A stretch of 60,175 nucleotides of DNA from Gemmatimonadales bacterium (GTDB lineage Bacteria; Gemmatimonadota; Gemmatimonadetes; Gemmatimonadales; GWC2-71-9), in contig JAXIPC010000004.1 in assembly GCA_045403135.1 (NCBI GenBank), positions 1 through 60,175 on the forward strand. Reading direction: 5' to 3'. Both the position numbers and the translations under genes were made by a program. Position 1 is the first letter of the stretch; every line of letters starts with the position of its first letter. Positions 17,024 to 28,646 of this stretch are shown here, one piece after another. Under the pieces are notes generated by a model. The model searched no databases, was not told where the DNA came from, and saw only the letters and a list, made by a program, of their open reading frames with translations.

Positions 17024-18660
17024 ACCCGCTTGCGCATGCGCGCCGGGAGGATGCCGAGCTGGTCGCGGTACTTGGCGACGGTACGCCGGGCGATCTGGAT
17101 TCCCTGCTCCTGAAACAGATGGACGATTTGTTGGTCGGTGAGCGGCTTGGACGGCGCTTCCTCCTGCACCATTTTCTGCAACTTCGCGCGAATGGAGCGC
17201 GCGCTGGCATCCTCGCCCGACGCGGTGGTGAGCGCGCTGGAAAAGAAGAACTTGAGGGGCAGCACGCCGCGCGGAGTCTGCACGTACTTCTCGTTGGTCA
17301 CCCGGCTCACCGTGGACTCGTGCATGCTGATCACCTCCGCCACTTCGCGGAGCGTGAGCGGCTTCAGGTATTCCACCCCCTTCTCAAAGAAGGCCCGCTG
17401 CCGGTCCACGATGAAGTTCATCACCTTGAGCATGGTCTGGCGGCGTTGCTCGATGGCCTGGATCATCCAGTTGGCGCTGTTGAGCTTGTTGGCGATGAAC
17501 TCCCGGTTCTCCGGCGTCATCTTCTTCTTGTCCCGGGCGATGTCCTGGTAGGACCGGCTCAACCGGAGCCGCGGCACGCCACTGTCGTTGAGACTGACGT
17601 GGTACTTCTCTCCCACCTTGTCCACGATCAGGTCGGGGATGATGTAGCCGTCGCTGCGGTTGGTGTGCTTGAGCCCGGGCTTCGGATCGAACCGGGAGAG
17701 CGTGTCGCCCGCCGCCTGCACCTTGGACGGCTCGACGCCGAACCGCTTCGCCAGCTCGTTCCAGCGGTGGGCGATCAGGTCGTTGAAGGCCTCGGACACG
17801 AGGCGATAGGCCAGCGTGTCGGTCTCTCCCGCATCCCGAAGCTGGATTTCGAGGCATTCCTGGAGCTTCCGGGCACCGACGCCGGGAGGATCCAGTTTCT
17901 GGATCAGCGCCAGCATCTGCTCCAGCTCGGCCATCGTGAAATAGGGAATGCCTTCGACGTCACCGCGCGGCTTGGGTACCGGGGCATCGGCGGTCTTGCT
18001 GGCCGCGCCCTTGCGGGGAGTTTCGGGCTCGGGAACGGTGACGCCCTCAGGCAGGCCGATCCAGGTCGGACCGGGTGCCAGGTCCGCCGGGGTGGGCTCC
18101 GGCGCTTCCTCCTCGTCGGCCTCCGCCTCGGCCAGCGGCGTTCCCGCCTGGCCGGCGTGCTGCTCCAGCAGCAGGTTCACCGAATCGAGAATTTCTTCGA
18201 GGGGGGCGATGAGATACCCCTCATCGCTGATGTTACCGAGGAATTCCTCGGAGAGGAGCTGCTGCCGGGGCGTGAGCTCCTGCATCTGGAGCTGTTCGCG
18301 CAGGTGGTCGATCAGGTCCTTGGTCTGGACCGACACCGGCTCGACGTACTCCTGCTCCTCGTACTGCTGGCGCATCCCGCCGGCGTCGAACCCGTTGAGC
18401 AGGATTTCCTCCCAATCGATCTCTTCTTCTTTCTCCTGCTTTTCTTTCTCCTTTTCCTTTTCCTTCTCGGCCGATTCCTTCCCTTCCTCCTCTTCCTCCG
18501 GCTCGAGCAGCTCCAGGAACGGGTTGACCAGCAGCTCCTGCTTCAGGTGCTGCTGCAGGTCCATCATGGGCATGTACAGCATGTCCATGGCCTGATAGAG
18601 CCGCGGATTGATCCGCAGCTCCTGCCTGAGCCCGGCCTGCTGGGAAAGCCCCGTCTTCAC
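17020..18660 (-). CDS. rpoN: RNA polymerase sigma-54 factor
   Basis: Region I LRQELRINPRLYQAMDMLYMPMMDLQQ, acidic Region II, C-terminal HTH and RpoN box ..ARRTVAKYR... Confidence 0.9.
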   Translation of the reverse strand: MKTGLSQQAGLRQELRINPRLYQAMDMLYMPMMDLQQHLKQELLVNPFLELLEPEEEEEGKESAEKEKEKEKEKQEKEEEIDWEEILLNGFDAGGMRQQYEEQEYVEPVSVQTKDLIDHLREQLQMQELTPRQQLLSEEFLGNISDEGYLIAPLEEILDSVNLLLEQHAGQAGTPLAEAEADEEEAPEPTPADLAPGPTWIGLPEGVTVPEPETPRKGAASKTADAPVPKPRGDVEGIPYFTMAELEQMLALIQKLDPPGVGARKLQECLEIQLRDAGETDTLAYRLVSEAFNDLIAHRWNELAKRFGVEPSKVQAAGDTLSRFDPKPGLKHTNRSDGYIIPDLIVDKVGEKYHVSLNDSGVPRLRLSRSYQDIARDKKKMTPENREFIANKLNSANWMIQAIEQRRQTMLKVMNFIVDRQRAFFEKGVEYLKPLTLREVAEVISMHESTVSRVTNEKYVQTPRGVLPLKFFFSSALTTASGEDASARSIRAKLQKMVQEEAPSKPLTDQQIVHLFQEQGIQIARRTVAKYRDQLGILPARMRKRV

Positions 18661-19430
18661 GTACCGGTCTCCATACGACTCCTGAGCCGGGCCGTCATCG
18701 TCGGCCCGAGATACAGCTCCGCCACCTGATCGTTGTAGACCAGCTCCCGAACCGTGCCGGCGGCCCGCACTTCGCCCTCATACATGATATAGGCACGATC
18801 GACGATCTCGAACATGTGCTCCACGCTGTGATCGGTGATGAGGACGCCGATGCCCCGGTGCCGGAGTCCCGCCACGATCGTCTGGATGTCGTGGACCGCG
18901 ATGGGATCCACCCCCGCGAAGGGTTCGTCCAGCAACATGAACTTGGGCTCCGTGACCAGCGCCCGGGTGATCTCGAGCCGCCGCCGCTCGCCGCCGGAAA
19001 GCGAGTAGGCACGGTTGGAGCGCAGGTGCTTGATGGACAGCTCGTCGAGCAGGAGCTCCAGCCGGTCCCGCCGCTCCGTCTTGGAAATTGGCAGCGTTTC
19101 GAGAATAGCCATCACATTCTGCTCCACCGTCATCCGGCGAAAGACCGAGGGCTCCTGAGCAAGGTAGCCGATGCCGGACCGGGCGCGCCGGTACATCGGC
19201 ATGCCGGTCAGGTCCTTCCCGTCCAGCATGATCCTCCCGCCGTCGGGCCGGATGAGTCCGGTGATCAGGTAGAACGTGGTGGTTTTGCCGGCTCCGTTGG
19301 GCCCCAGCAGACCCACGATCTCACCCTGGGCCACCTCCACCGCCACATCGTTGACCACCGCCCGCCGCTTGAATGACTTGCGGAGACCGTAGGCGGCCAG
19401 CACGCTCGCCCGGGTGCCGTTGCCGGTCAC
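18657..19430 (-). CDS. lptB: LPS export ABC transporter ATP-binding protein
   Basis: Walker A GPNGAGKTT, signature LSGGERRRLEI, Walker B FMLLDEP. Position between lptA-like and rpoN. Confidence 0.9.
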   Translation of the reverse strand: MTGNGTRASVLAAYGLRKSFKRRAVVNDVAVEVAQGEIVGLLGPNGAGKTTTFYLITGLIRPDGGRIMLDGKDLTGMPMYRRARSGIGYLAQEPSVFRRMTVEQNVMAILETLPISKTERRDRLELLLDELSIKHLRSNRAYSLSGGERRRLEITRALVTEPKFMLLDEPFAGVDPIAVHDIQTIVAGLRHRGIGVLITDHSVEHMFEIVDRAYIMYEGEVRAAGTVRELVYNDQVAELYLGPTMTARLRSRMETGT

Positions 19431-20773
19431 CGGGCGCCTTTCGGCCGGAGCGGCCGAACCCGGGTGGTGTCCCGCCGAGCGGTGTCAGCGCGAGCCGCCT
19501 GGGGCTGAAACTGCCCCCCGTCCACGTGGCCGAACATCTGGACTCGCTCGACCTTGACCGAATCACCAAGCTGCATCGTCAGAATAATCCGGTCGGCCCG
19601 CGCATAGTTGATATGCGGAAGCCCGCCCGTATTGCCGGTGCCGTAGGTCCGGTAGAACGACGTGGCGTCGCGGCGTGCCTCGACCCGCTCGAGCGTCGAT
19701 TTGGGCCCGGAAGGGGACGGGCGCTGGACGAAGGTCGCGACGATCGAATCTCCCGAGAGGTAGTCCCGCTCTCCTTTGAGCGAATCGGGCCTGAACCCGA
19801 CCCAGGCCCTCTGGAAGGCGCGCAGCTCCTTGAGCTGTTCGTTCGGTGTGTCCACCGCGAGCGAATCGCCGCGGACCTCGTACTCGTCGGCGAGCGCCTG
19901 CGGCCGCGGGGATTTTCCCCACGCCAGCGTCTGGACCACCTTCCGGGCCTCGAGTATCAGCGCGATGGTCTCGGACAGCAGGTCCAGGTCCCTGCTGGTG
20001 AGCTTGGCGCTGTCGCGTCCGGTGACACGGGTCAGCTCCCGCTGCTTGAGCCCCAGGTCGATCCGCTGGCCCGCCAACGCGAAGCTGTCTATGGCGGCGC
20101 GCCGAATCGCCGCATGACCGATCAAGGCGCCGGCACTGCCCTTCCCGCTGTCGAGCTGCAGCGAATCACCCCTGCCCCGCAGATCGGTTCGATCGATCGT
20201 TACGGTGCCGCCGGCCCACATGAGATCCCGGCCTCGCATCCGGATCCGGTCGGCCACCACGATGTACGGCTCCTCGACGCGGTTGGCCGAATCCCGGGCG
20301 GCCAATGTGAGGGTGGGGCGCCTTTCGGCGTACACCTCCTCGAGGTCGTTGGTGCCCCTGATTCGCCGCCGATAGGTGGCCATGGGTCCCACCAGCTTGG
20401 AGCCGTCCTGGGTGTTGAGGTACACCACGTTCCCGGTGGCATCCCAGCGCTCGTTGTCCTTGTAGTAGGTGCCGAAGTCGGAGGTGACCTTGGCGGTTTC
20501 GTCTTCGTAGCGAAAATTACCGATGAACTGCACCACCGCGCCCGCATAGGAGGCGATGCTGTCGGCCCAGATGCGCACCGGCTGCGACTGGCAGCGGAGG
20601 CGCACGTTCCCTCCGGCGAAGTAGTTCTCCGTGGATGTCCCCAGCACCCTGGTGTGCAGGCCCTCCCGGTCCACGTTATCGACCACCAGCTGGCAGCGCC
20701 GGCCCTGCGCGGCCAGCGGAGCGCCGAACAGGCACACCGCCACGCCCACACCCCAGCCGACTCTCGGCCTCAT
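19427..20773 (-). CDS. OstA/LptA-like periplasmic protein, unusually long (448 aa)
   Basis: Signal peptide (VAVCLFGAPLAAQG), repeated beta-rich segments of the form A..i......l.l.G.V. Synteny lptC-X-lptB. Confidence 0.55.
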   Translation of the reverse strand: MRPRVGWGVGVAVCLFGAPLAAQGRRCQLVVDNVDREGLHTRVLGTSTENYFAGGNVRLRCQSQPVRIWADSIASYAGAVVQFIGNFRYEDETAKVTSDFGTYYKDNERWDATGNVVYLNTQDGSKLVGPMATYRRRIRGTNDLEEVYAERRPTLTLAARDSANRVEEPYIVVADRIRMRGRDLMWAGGTVTIDRTDLRGRGDSLQLDSGKGSAGALIGHAAIRRAAIDSFALAGQRIDLGLKQRELTRVTGRDSAKLTSRDLDLLSETIALILEARKVVQTLAWGKSPRPQALADEYEVRGDSLAVDTPNEQLKELRAFQRAWVGFRPDSLKGERDYLSGDSIVATFVQRPSPSGPKSTLERVEARRDATSFYRTYGTGNTGGLPHINYARADRIILTMQLGDSVKVERVQMFGHVDGGQFQPQAARADTARRDTTRVRPLRPKGAR

Positions 20774-21369
20774 TGTCCCGGCAGCAAGAAGCCCTTGCCC
20801 TTCTGGCGGCCCTTCGGCTGTCCGACTGTGACATTGTTAAAGTCGATGTCGGAGATGAGACTGTTGCCGGTCAAATGCCCCTTGGGCGAATCATAGACGA
20901 AAGCGGTGTCGATGGTGACCTGGTTGGCCATCTTGTCGTAGATGAGGTGCTCAGTCTGGATCCGGTCGCCGTCGGTGCTGGTGATGACCACGTGGCCCCG
21001 GGCGTCGAGCTTGTTCGAGTAGGTGACGTACAGTCCCTGGTCCGCGGTCAGCGTGCTCTTGAGATTGCCCTTCTCATCGAGCAGCCGGGCCGTGAACTTC
21101 CGCAGATCCATGATCTGGCTTCGCTGGTAGATGTAGGCCGTATCGGCCTCTACGTAGCTCCGCAGCACGCCCTCGTTGGTGATTTTGGTGGACATCTTGA
21201 ACATCACCTGGTCGGCGCTGTCGGCCACCGCGGTGGCGGCGGAGGGGCGGACGCCGGGGTCGCTGCATGCGACAGACGCTGAGACGCTAAGACGCAACGA
21301 CGCTAAGAGAATCCGGACAAACAAGGAGTTTCCTAGCGTCCTAGCGTCATAGCGTCGTAGCGTCTTCAT
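20770..21369 (-). CDS. lptC: LptC-like membrane-anchored protein
   Basis: N-terminal hydrophobic anchor (SLFVRILLASLRLSVSASVAC), about 200 aa, located between kdsD/kdsC and lptA-like. ATGA overlap with kdsD. Confidence 0.55.
   Translation of the reverse strand: MKTLRRYDARTLGNSLFVRILLASLRLSVSASVACSDPGVRPSAATAVADSADQVMFKMSTKITNEGVLRSYVEADTAYIYQRSQIMDLRKFTARLLDEKGNLKSTLTADQGLYVTYSNKLDARGHVVITSTDGDRIQTEHLIYDKMANQVTIDTAFVYDSPKGHLTGNSLISDIDFNNVTVGQPKGRQKGKGFLLPGQ
21275..21364. repeat. inverted arrays of 4 + 4 tandem octamers (GACGCTnn x4 ... nTAGCGTC x4) around a 26-nt centre
   Basis: GACGCTGA GACGCTAA GACGCAAC GACGCTAA ...26 nt... CTAGCGTC CTAGCGTC ATAGCGTC GTAGCGTC. Lies in the first 32 codons of lptC. 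Confidence 0.8.
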
Positions 21370-22325
21370 ACCGCCCCCGCCCTCATCAGGTCGTGCAAAT
21401 GCACTACCCCCACGACGCTGCCGCCTGCCTCGACGACGGGCATCGCCATGATCCCGTGACGTTCCATGAGACCCACCACCGCCGCGGCGAGGTCCCCGGG
21501 CGCACAGGTCTTCGGGTTTCTGGTCATTTCCCCATCCACGGCGCGCGCGAGAAAATCCGGGTGCCGTTCGGCGAGCCGGGAGAGATCGCCGGCGGTGAGC
21601 ACGCCGGCCAGCTTGCCCTCGCTCCCGACCATCGCGAGTCCGCGCCGCCGCGCCAGCTCGACCACCGCCTCGCGCATGGTGGCGGCCGGCGGCAGCAGAG
21701 CCCCCGGCGCCAGCATCACGTCGCGCACCCGAAGGAGCAGTTTCCGGCCCAGACGACCGCCGGGGTGGAGCCTGGCAAAGTCGTCGCGGGCAAACCCCTT
21801 CTCTTCGAGCAGTGCCACCGCCAATGCATCTCCCAGCGCCAGGGCCACCGTCGTGCTCGCGGTGGGCGCCAGGTCGTGGGGGCAGGCTTCCTCGTCCACG
21901 CCGGCATCGAGCACCACGGCGGCCGCGCGCGCCAGCGTCGAATCCTTGCCTCCGGTCAGGGCGATGATCGGCATCTCCAGGCGGGCGAACTCGCTCACCA
22001 GCCCGACCAGCTCCTCGGTCTCCCCGCTCTTGCTCAACACGATGGCGACGTCGCGGGGACCGACCAGCCCCAGGTCGCCGTGAAGACCGTCCACCGGATG
22101 GAGCCACATCGCCGGTGTTCCGGTGGAGGTCAGCGTGGCCGCGATCTTTCGCGCGATCAGCCCCGACTTGCCGAGGCCGGTGACGATCACCCGCCCGGTG
22201 CAGTCCCGCAGCAGCGATACCGCCAGCGCGAATTCCGCCCCGAGCGCCTGGTCCGCGGCGCGGATCGCCTCGGCCTCGAGCCGGAGGACCCGGCGCCCCG
22301 CCGCCACCAGACGGTCGCTGCTCAC
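21366..22325 (-). CDS. kdsD: arabinose-5-phosphate isomerase (KdsD/KpsF)
   Basis: SIS domain ..VIVTGLGKSGLIARKIAATLTSTGTPA.. plus tandem CBS C-terminus. GTG 22325 overlaps the kdsC stop. Confidence 0.85.
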   Translation of the reverse strand: MSSDRLVAAGRRVLRLEAEAIRAADQALGAEFALAVSLLRDCTGRVIVTGLGKSGLIARKIAATLTSTGTPAMWLHPVDGLHGDLGLVGPRDVAIVLSKSGETEELVGLVSEFARLEMPIIALTGGKDSTLARAAAVVLDAGVDEEACPHDLAPTASTTVALALGDALAVALLEEKGFARDDFARLHPGGRLGRKLLLRVRDVMLAPGALLPPAATMREAVVELARRRGLAMVGSEGKLAGVLTAGDLSRLAERHPDFLARAVDGEMTRNPKTCAPGDLAAAVVGLMERHGIMAMPVVEAGGSVVGVVHLHDLMRAGAV

Positions 22326-22872
22326 GCCGGCGGATCTCCCCGGTCGCTCAGGTACCTGACCAGCACCCGGTCCCACTCGCCGCGCGCCTTGAGGAGTGCT
22401 TCCACGATTTCGCGCACCGCCCCGTGGCCGCCCGTCGCCTTCGTCTCCCATGCCGCCAGTGCCTTCGCCTCCGGGCATCCGTTGGCTACCGTGATCGGGA
22501 GCCCCGCCCTTTTCAGCAGGGGCAGGTCCGCGAGATCGTCGCCCACGAACGCCAGCTGGCTCCACGAGAGTCCCTTCTTCTGAAGCAGCGCTTCCACCGC
22601 GGAGAGCTTGCGAGCGCCGCTGTCCTGAATCACCGTGCCGATGCCCAGCTCCTGGGCCCGGAGGGTGGTCGCCTCGGAATGGCGGCCGCTGACCCAGGCG
22701 ATTGCGATATCGCTGTAGCCCAGGATCACCAGCCCGAGCCCGTCGGAAATGTCGAAGCGCTTCAGCTCGACCCGCTCAGCGCCGATCGGCGCGATCCAGA
22801 TCGCGTTGTCGGTCAGCACGCCATCCACGTCGAGCCCGAGCAGCTTGACCCGGCGGGCCCGCTCCGGCTCGA

Positions 22873-22876
<4 letters not shown>
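22322..22876 (-). CDS. kdsC: 3-deoxy-D-manno-octulosonate 8-phosphate phosphatase
   Basis: HAD motifs LLGLDVDGVLTD and ..FVGDDLADLPLL... GTGA overlap with kdsA. Confidence 0.85.
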
Positions 22877-26098
<3,222 letters not shown>

Positions 26099-26103
26099 AG
26101 TCC

Positions 26104-26132
26104 AAAGTAAAAGCGCGGTGGACCCAAGTCAA
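26104..26132 (-). promoter_or_regulatory. putative sigma-70-type promoter (TTGACT - 17 nt - TACTTT) of the kdsB...rpoN operon, leaderless geometry
   Basis: Read on the - strand. The -10 ends 5 nt before ATG 26098 and there is no SD. Confidence 0.35.
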
Positions 26133-26214
26133 AAGTCGTGCCGCGCCATGTGCCAACACTTAAGGGTCGTTTTCGCAAGGGCTTAGCGAAACCGACCCGA
26201 CCTGAACCGCTCCC

Positions 26215-26901
26215 TCAGGGGGTGGGGGGCTTGATCGCCTTGGCCGGGATTGGAGCTTCCGGTGTCAGCTCCGCGGAGCGGCGTCGAATCGAATCCGCCT
26301 TTTGTTTGGCGCGCTCGGCGGTACGGTCCAGCTCCGCCGCCCTGATCGAGTCCCGGTAGACCCGGGATTGGACCTTTATCCGGCTCGCGACTTCCACTCG
26401 AATCGAGTCGCCCAGGTTCGGCCTCGCCGGGTCGCCCCCGCTGCGCTGAATGTCCGCCACGGCAGATGGGGGGAGAAGGAGAGGCGTTACATACGTTCGG
26501 CTGTCGTGGTCGTTTCGGAGCTCGGCCCGAACCTCTCCGAAAGCGACGTACCCCGAATCCGATTGGAGGCAGACGAAGTGGGTTCGTTCATCAATGTTCC
26601 GGGTGTCGTTCACCGACACATGGCAGTTCTCGATCGCGGCGTAACCCGACGAGTCGCTCAGCCGCACCCGCAGATCGAAACCCGCCACCGTCTTCGGCGC
26701 GGTGCGCCTGATGGTCAGCGAGCGGATCGACCCGAGCTTGGCGCCGTTGAGGTTGAAATCGATGAAGGGACCCAATGGGATCGTCAGATCCTCGTTGGAC
26801 ATGATCTTGTGCTTGACCCCGCGGACCCCCGAAATGAAGATGGAGCCCACGGCAAAAATGAGGAACGCGCCGAAGCCGATCTTGAGCCAATACTTGCGCA
26901 T
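26215..26901 (-). CDS. hypothetical membrane-anchored protein
   Basis: N-terminal TM (IGFGAFLIFAVGSIFISGV), GAGGGGGG SD before ATG 26901, good GC3 codon usage. No family recognised. Confidence 0.6.
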   Translation of the reverse strand: MRKYWLKIGFGAFLIFAVGSIFISGVRGVKHKIMSNEDLTIPLGPFIDFNLNGAKLGSIRSLTIRRTAPKTVAGFDLRVRLSDSSGYAAIENCHVSVNDTRNIDERTHFVCLQSDSGYVAFGEVRAELRNDHDSRTYVTPLLLPPSAVADIQRSGGDPARPNLGDSIRVEVASRIKVQSRVYRDSIRAAELDRTAERAKQKADSIRRRSAELTPEAPIPAKAIKPPTP

Positions 26902-26923
26902 GGACCCCCCTCACGACGGGAAC

Positions 26924-26943
26924 CGCCCGCTCCGGAGCGGGCG
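26924..26943 (-). terminator. 20-nt perfect palindrome CGCCCGCTCCGGAGCGGGCG downstream of xerD
   Basis: GC hairpin 52 nt after the xerD stop; poor U tract. Confidence 0.35.
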
Positions 26944-26958
26944 TTACAGGATGTAACG
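26942..26958. promoter_or_regulatory. 17-bp palindrome CGTTACA-GGA-TGTAACG (possible operator)
   Basis: Perfect 7-bp arms, 41-57 nt upstream of ATG 26901. Confidence 0.25.
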
Positions 26959-26994
26959 TAATAGGGTTGGTCGAGGTTTCACAGAGGCCGAGGG

Positions 26995-27900
26995 TTAGCC
27001 CCTCGGGTGGAACCGTTTGTGGACGGTCCGAAGGTAGTCCCGGTCGACGTGGGTGTAGATCTGGGTGGTGGACAGGTCGGCGTGCCCCAGCATCTCCTGC
27101 ACCGCCCGAAGGTCCGCCCCGCCTTCGAGCAGGTGGGTCGCAAAGGAATGCCGGAGGGTATGCGGGGTGACCCGTTTCTTGAGGCCGGCCGCGGTCGCAA
27201 CCCGCTTGATGATGCCCCAAGCGCCGACCCGCGAAAGCGGACCTCCACGCGCGTTCAACAACACCCGCCCGGCGCTCTTGCCCCGGTCGAGGTTGGGCCG
27301 GATCTGATTCAGATAGATCGACACCGGCCCGATCACCTTGCGACCAATGGGCACCAGGCGTTCCTTGCCCCCCTTCCCGAACACCCGAACCAGTCCCTCT
27401 GAAAGCAACAGGTCCTGCACCCCGAGCGTGCACAGCTCGCTCACCCGAAGACCGGCGCCGTAGCCGAGCTCGAGCAGCGCGCGGTCGCGCCAGCCCAGTG
27501 GCTGGTCGGGCGAGGGCGCGCCGAGCATCGCTTCCACCTCGGCCACCGACAGGACCTCGGGGAGGGTGCGCCATTTCTTGGGCGTCTCGAGCCGGTCGCT
27601 CGGATCGTCGACGAGGTTGCCCTCGCCGATCAGGAAGGCAAAGTAGGTGTGCAGCGCGGAGACCTGGCGCCTGATGGTGGCGGGGCTCAGGCCGAGATCC
27701 TTCAGCATGAAGACGAAATCGCGGAGGAGTGTCCGGGTGACCGCACCCGGATTTCGGGCCCGTCGGGTTTGGGCGAACTGGACGAAGCGGCGGAGATCGC
27801 GCAGGTAGTTCTCGATCGTGTGCCCGCTGCTCCCCGCCTCCAGAGCGAGATAATCGCGAAATCCTTCGAGCTGGTAGGCCCGTTCGGCCTCATCGCTCAC
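26995..27900 (-). CDS. xerD: tyrosine recombinase XerD/XerC
   Basis: N-terminal SAM-like domain, catalytic ..GLRVSEL.., ..HTLRHSFATHLLEGGADLRAVQEMLGHADLSTTQIYTHV... Confidence 0.85.
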   Translation of the reverse strand: MSDEAERAYQLEGFRDYLALEAGSSGHTIENYLRDLRRFVQFAQTRRARNPGAVTRTLLRDFVFMLKDLGLSPATIRRQVSALHTYFAFLIGEGNLVDDPSDRLETPKKWRTLPEVLSVAEVEAMLGAPSPDQPLGWRDRALLELGYGAGLRVSELCTLGVQDLLLSEGLVRVFGKGGKERLVPIGRKVIGPVSIYLNQIRPNLDRGKSAGRVLLNARGGPLSRVGAWGIIKRVATAAGLKKRVTPHTLRHSFATHLLEGGADLRAVQEMLGHADLSTTQIYTHVDRDYLRTVHKRFHPRG

Positions 27901-28646
27901 CGCCGCCGCTCCTCCTCCCGGGCCCTGCGCGCCTCCTCGAGCGCGGCCGGATCGATGACCGGGAACCCGTCCACCATCGGCGCCGGGCGTTCCGGGTGGG
28001 CCGGATCAAACGGCGCGAGCCCGGCGAGCCGCTCGCGCCGCCGTTCCTTGCGGCGCCGGAGCACTACGAAGAGGATGACCGCCACGACCAGCCCGGCCAC
28101 GATGCCGAGGCCGAGGTTCACCCGGCCGAGATACTCCTTGATCGTGCTCCATTCGGAGCCGACTGCGCTCCCCAGAATCGTGAGGCCGCCATACCAGACC
28201 GCGCAGGCAAGGATGATCGGCGGCAGGGCTCGCCGGGCAGGGAGATTCACGAAACCGGCGAACGGCGCCACCACGGCACGGAAGGCCGGCAGCATGCGGA
28301 AGAAGAAGATCCCCGCCATACCGAATCGGACGTACTCGCGCTCGATCGAGGCGAACGCGCCCGGACCGATCAACCGCCGGCCGACCGGGGTCGCGAAAAA
28401 CCGCCGCCCGAACTTTCGCGAGCTCCAGTAGACCGCAACAGCGCCGGCCACCCCGAAACTCCAGGCAACCAGGAAGATGGTGAGCGGTTTGAGCGTGCCC
28501 TGATGGGTAAGAAACGCGGCCAGCAGGACGAAGACATCGGAAGGGGACGGCGGAAAGAAATTCTCGATGACGACCGAGACGGCGATCACCGTGAAGATGA
28601 GCAGCGGGGGCTGTCCCGCCACCCAGGCGAGCAGGTTCTCGATCAG
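27897..28646 (-). CDS. DedA-family membrane protein (second paralog)
   Basis: ..VIENFFPPSPSDVFVLLAA.., ..FFFRMLPAFRAVVAPFAG... Start uncertain (CTG 28646 overlapping the ispF stop, or GTG 28622). Confidence 0.7.
   Translation of the reverse strand: MIENLLAWVAGQPPLLIFTVIAVSVVIENFFPPSPSDVFVLLAAFLTHQGTLKPLTIFLVAWSFGVAGAVAVYWSSRKFGRRFFATPVGRRLIGPGAFASIEREYVRFGMAGIFFFRMLPAFRAVVAPFAGFVNLPARRALPPIILACAVWYGGLTILGSAVGSEWSTIKEYLGRVNLGLGIVAGLVVAVILFVVLRRRKERRRERLAGLAPFDPAHPERPAPMVDGFPVIDPAALEEARRAREEERRR

Noticed and set aside
14949-17210. 753-aa ORF (also 46006-49206 at 1066 aa, 47379-50828 at 1149 aa, 22873-24357, 20770-22107, 37382-38950, 38302-39855)
   Set aside because: Only the 3' portion of each is a real gene (GT4, pmm, nuoN, kdsA, lptC, fabD, fabH). 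The 5' parts are out-of-frame read-through of the upstream gene. True starts were placed at GTG/ATG overlapping the upstream stop.
21275-21364. Short tandem repeats (also 41445-41465) considered as a CRISPR array
   Set aside because: The units are 7-8 bp with no spacers, total length is under 100 bp, and there are no cas genes. They are not CRISPR.
26135-26157. TGGCAC motif upstream of kdsB considered as a sigma-54 (-24/-12) promoter
   Set aside because: After TGGCAC-N5 the sequence is GCGG, not TTGC. The GC of the -12 element is missing at the required spacing, and a sigma-70-like TTGACT/TACTTT pair fits better.
26995-27900. Tyrosine recombinase considered as a phage or ICE integrase marking a mobile element
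   Set aside because: The full XerD/XerC-type sequence (N-terminal SAM-like domain, ..LGHADLSTTQIYTHV) is embedded in an ispF-dedA-xerD string with 4-nt overlaps. There are no att repeats or phage genes.
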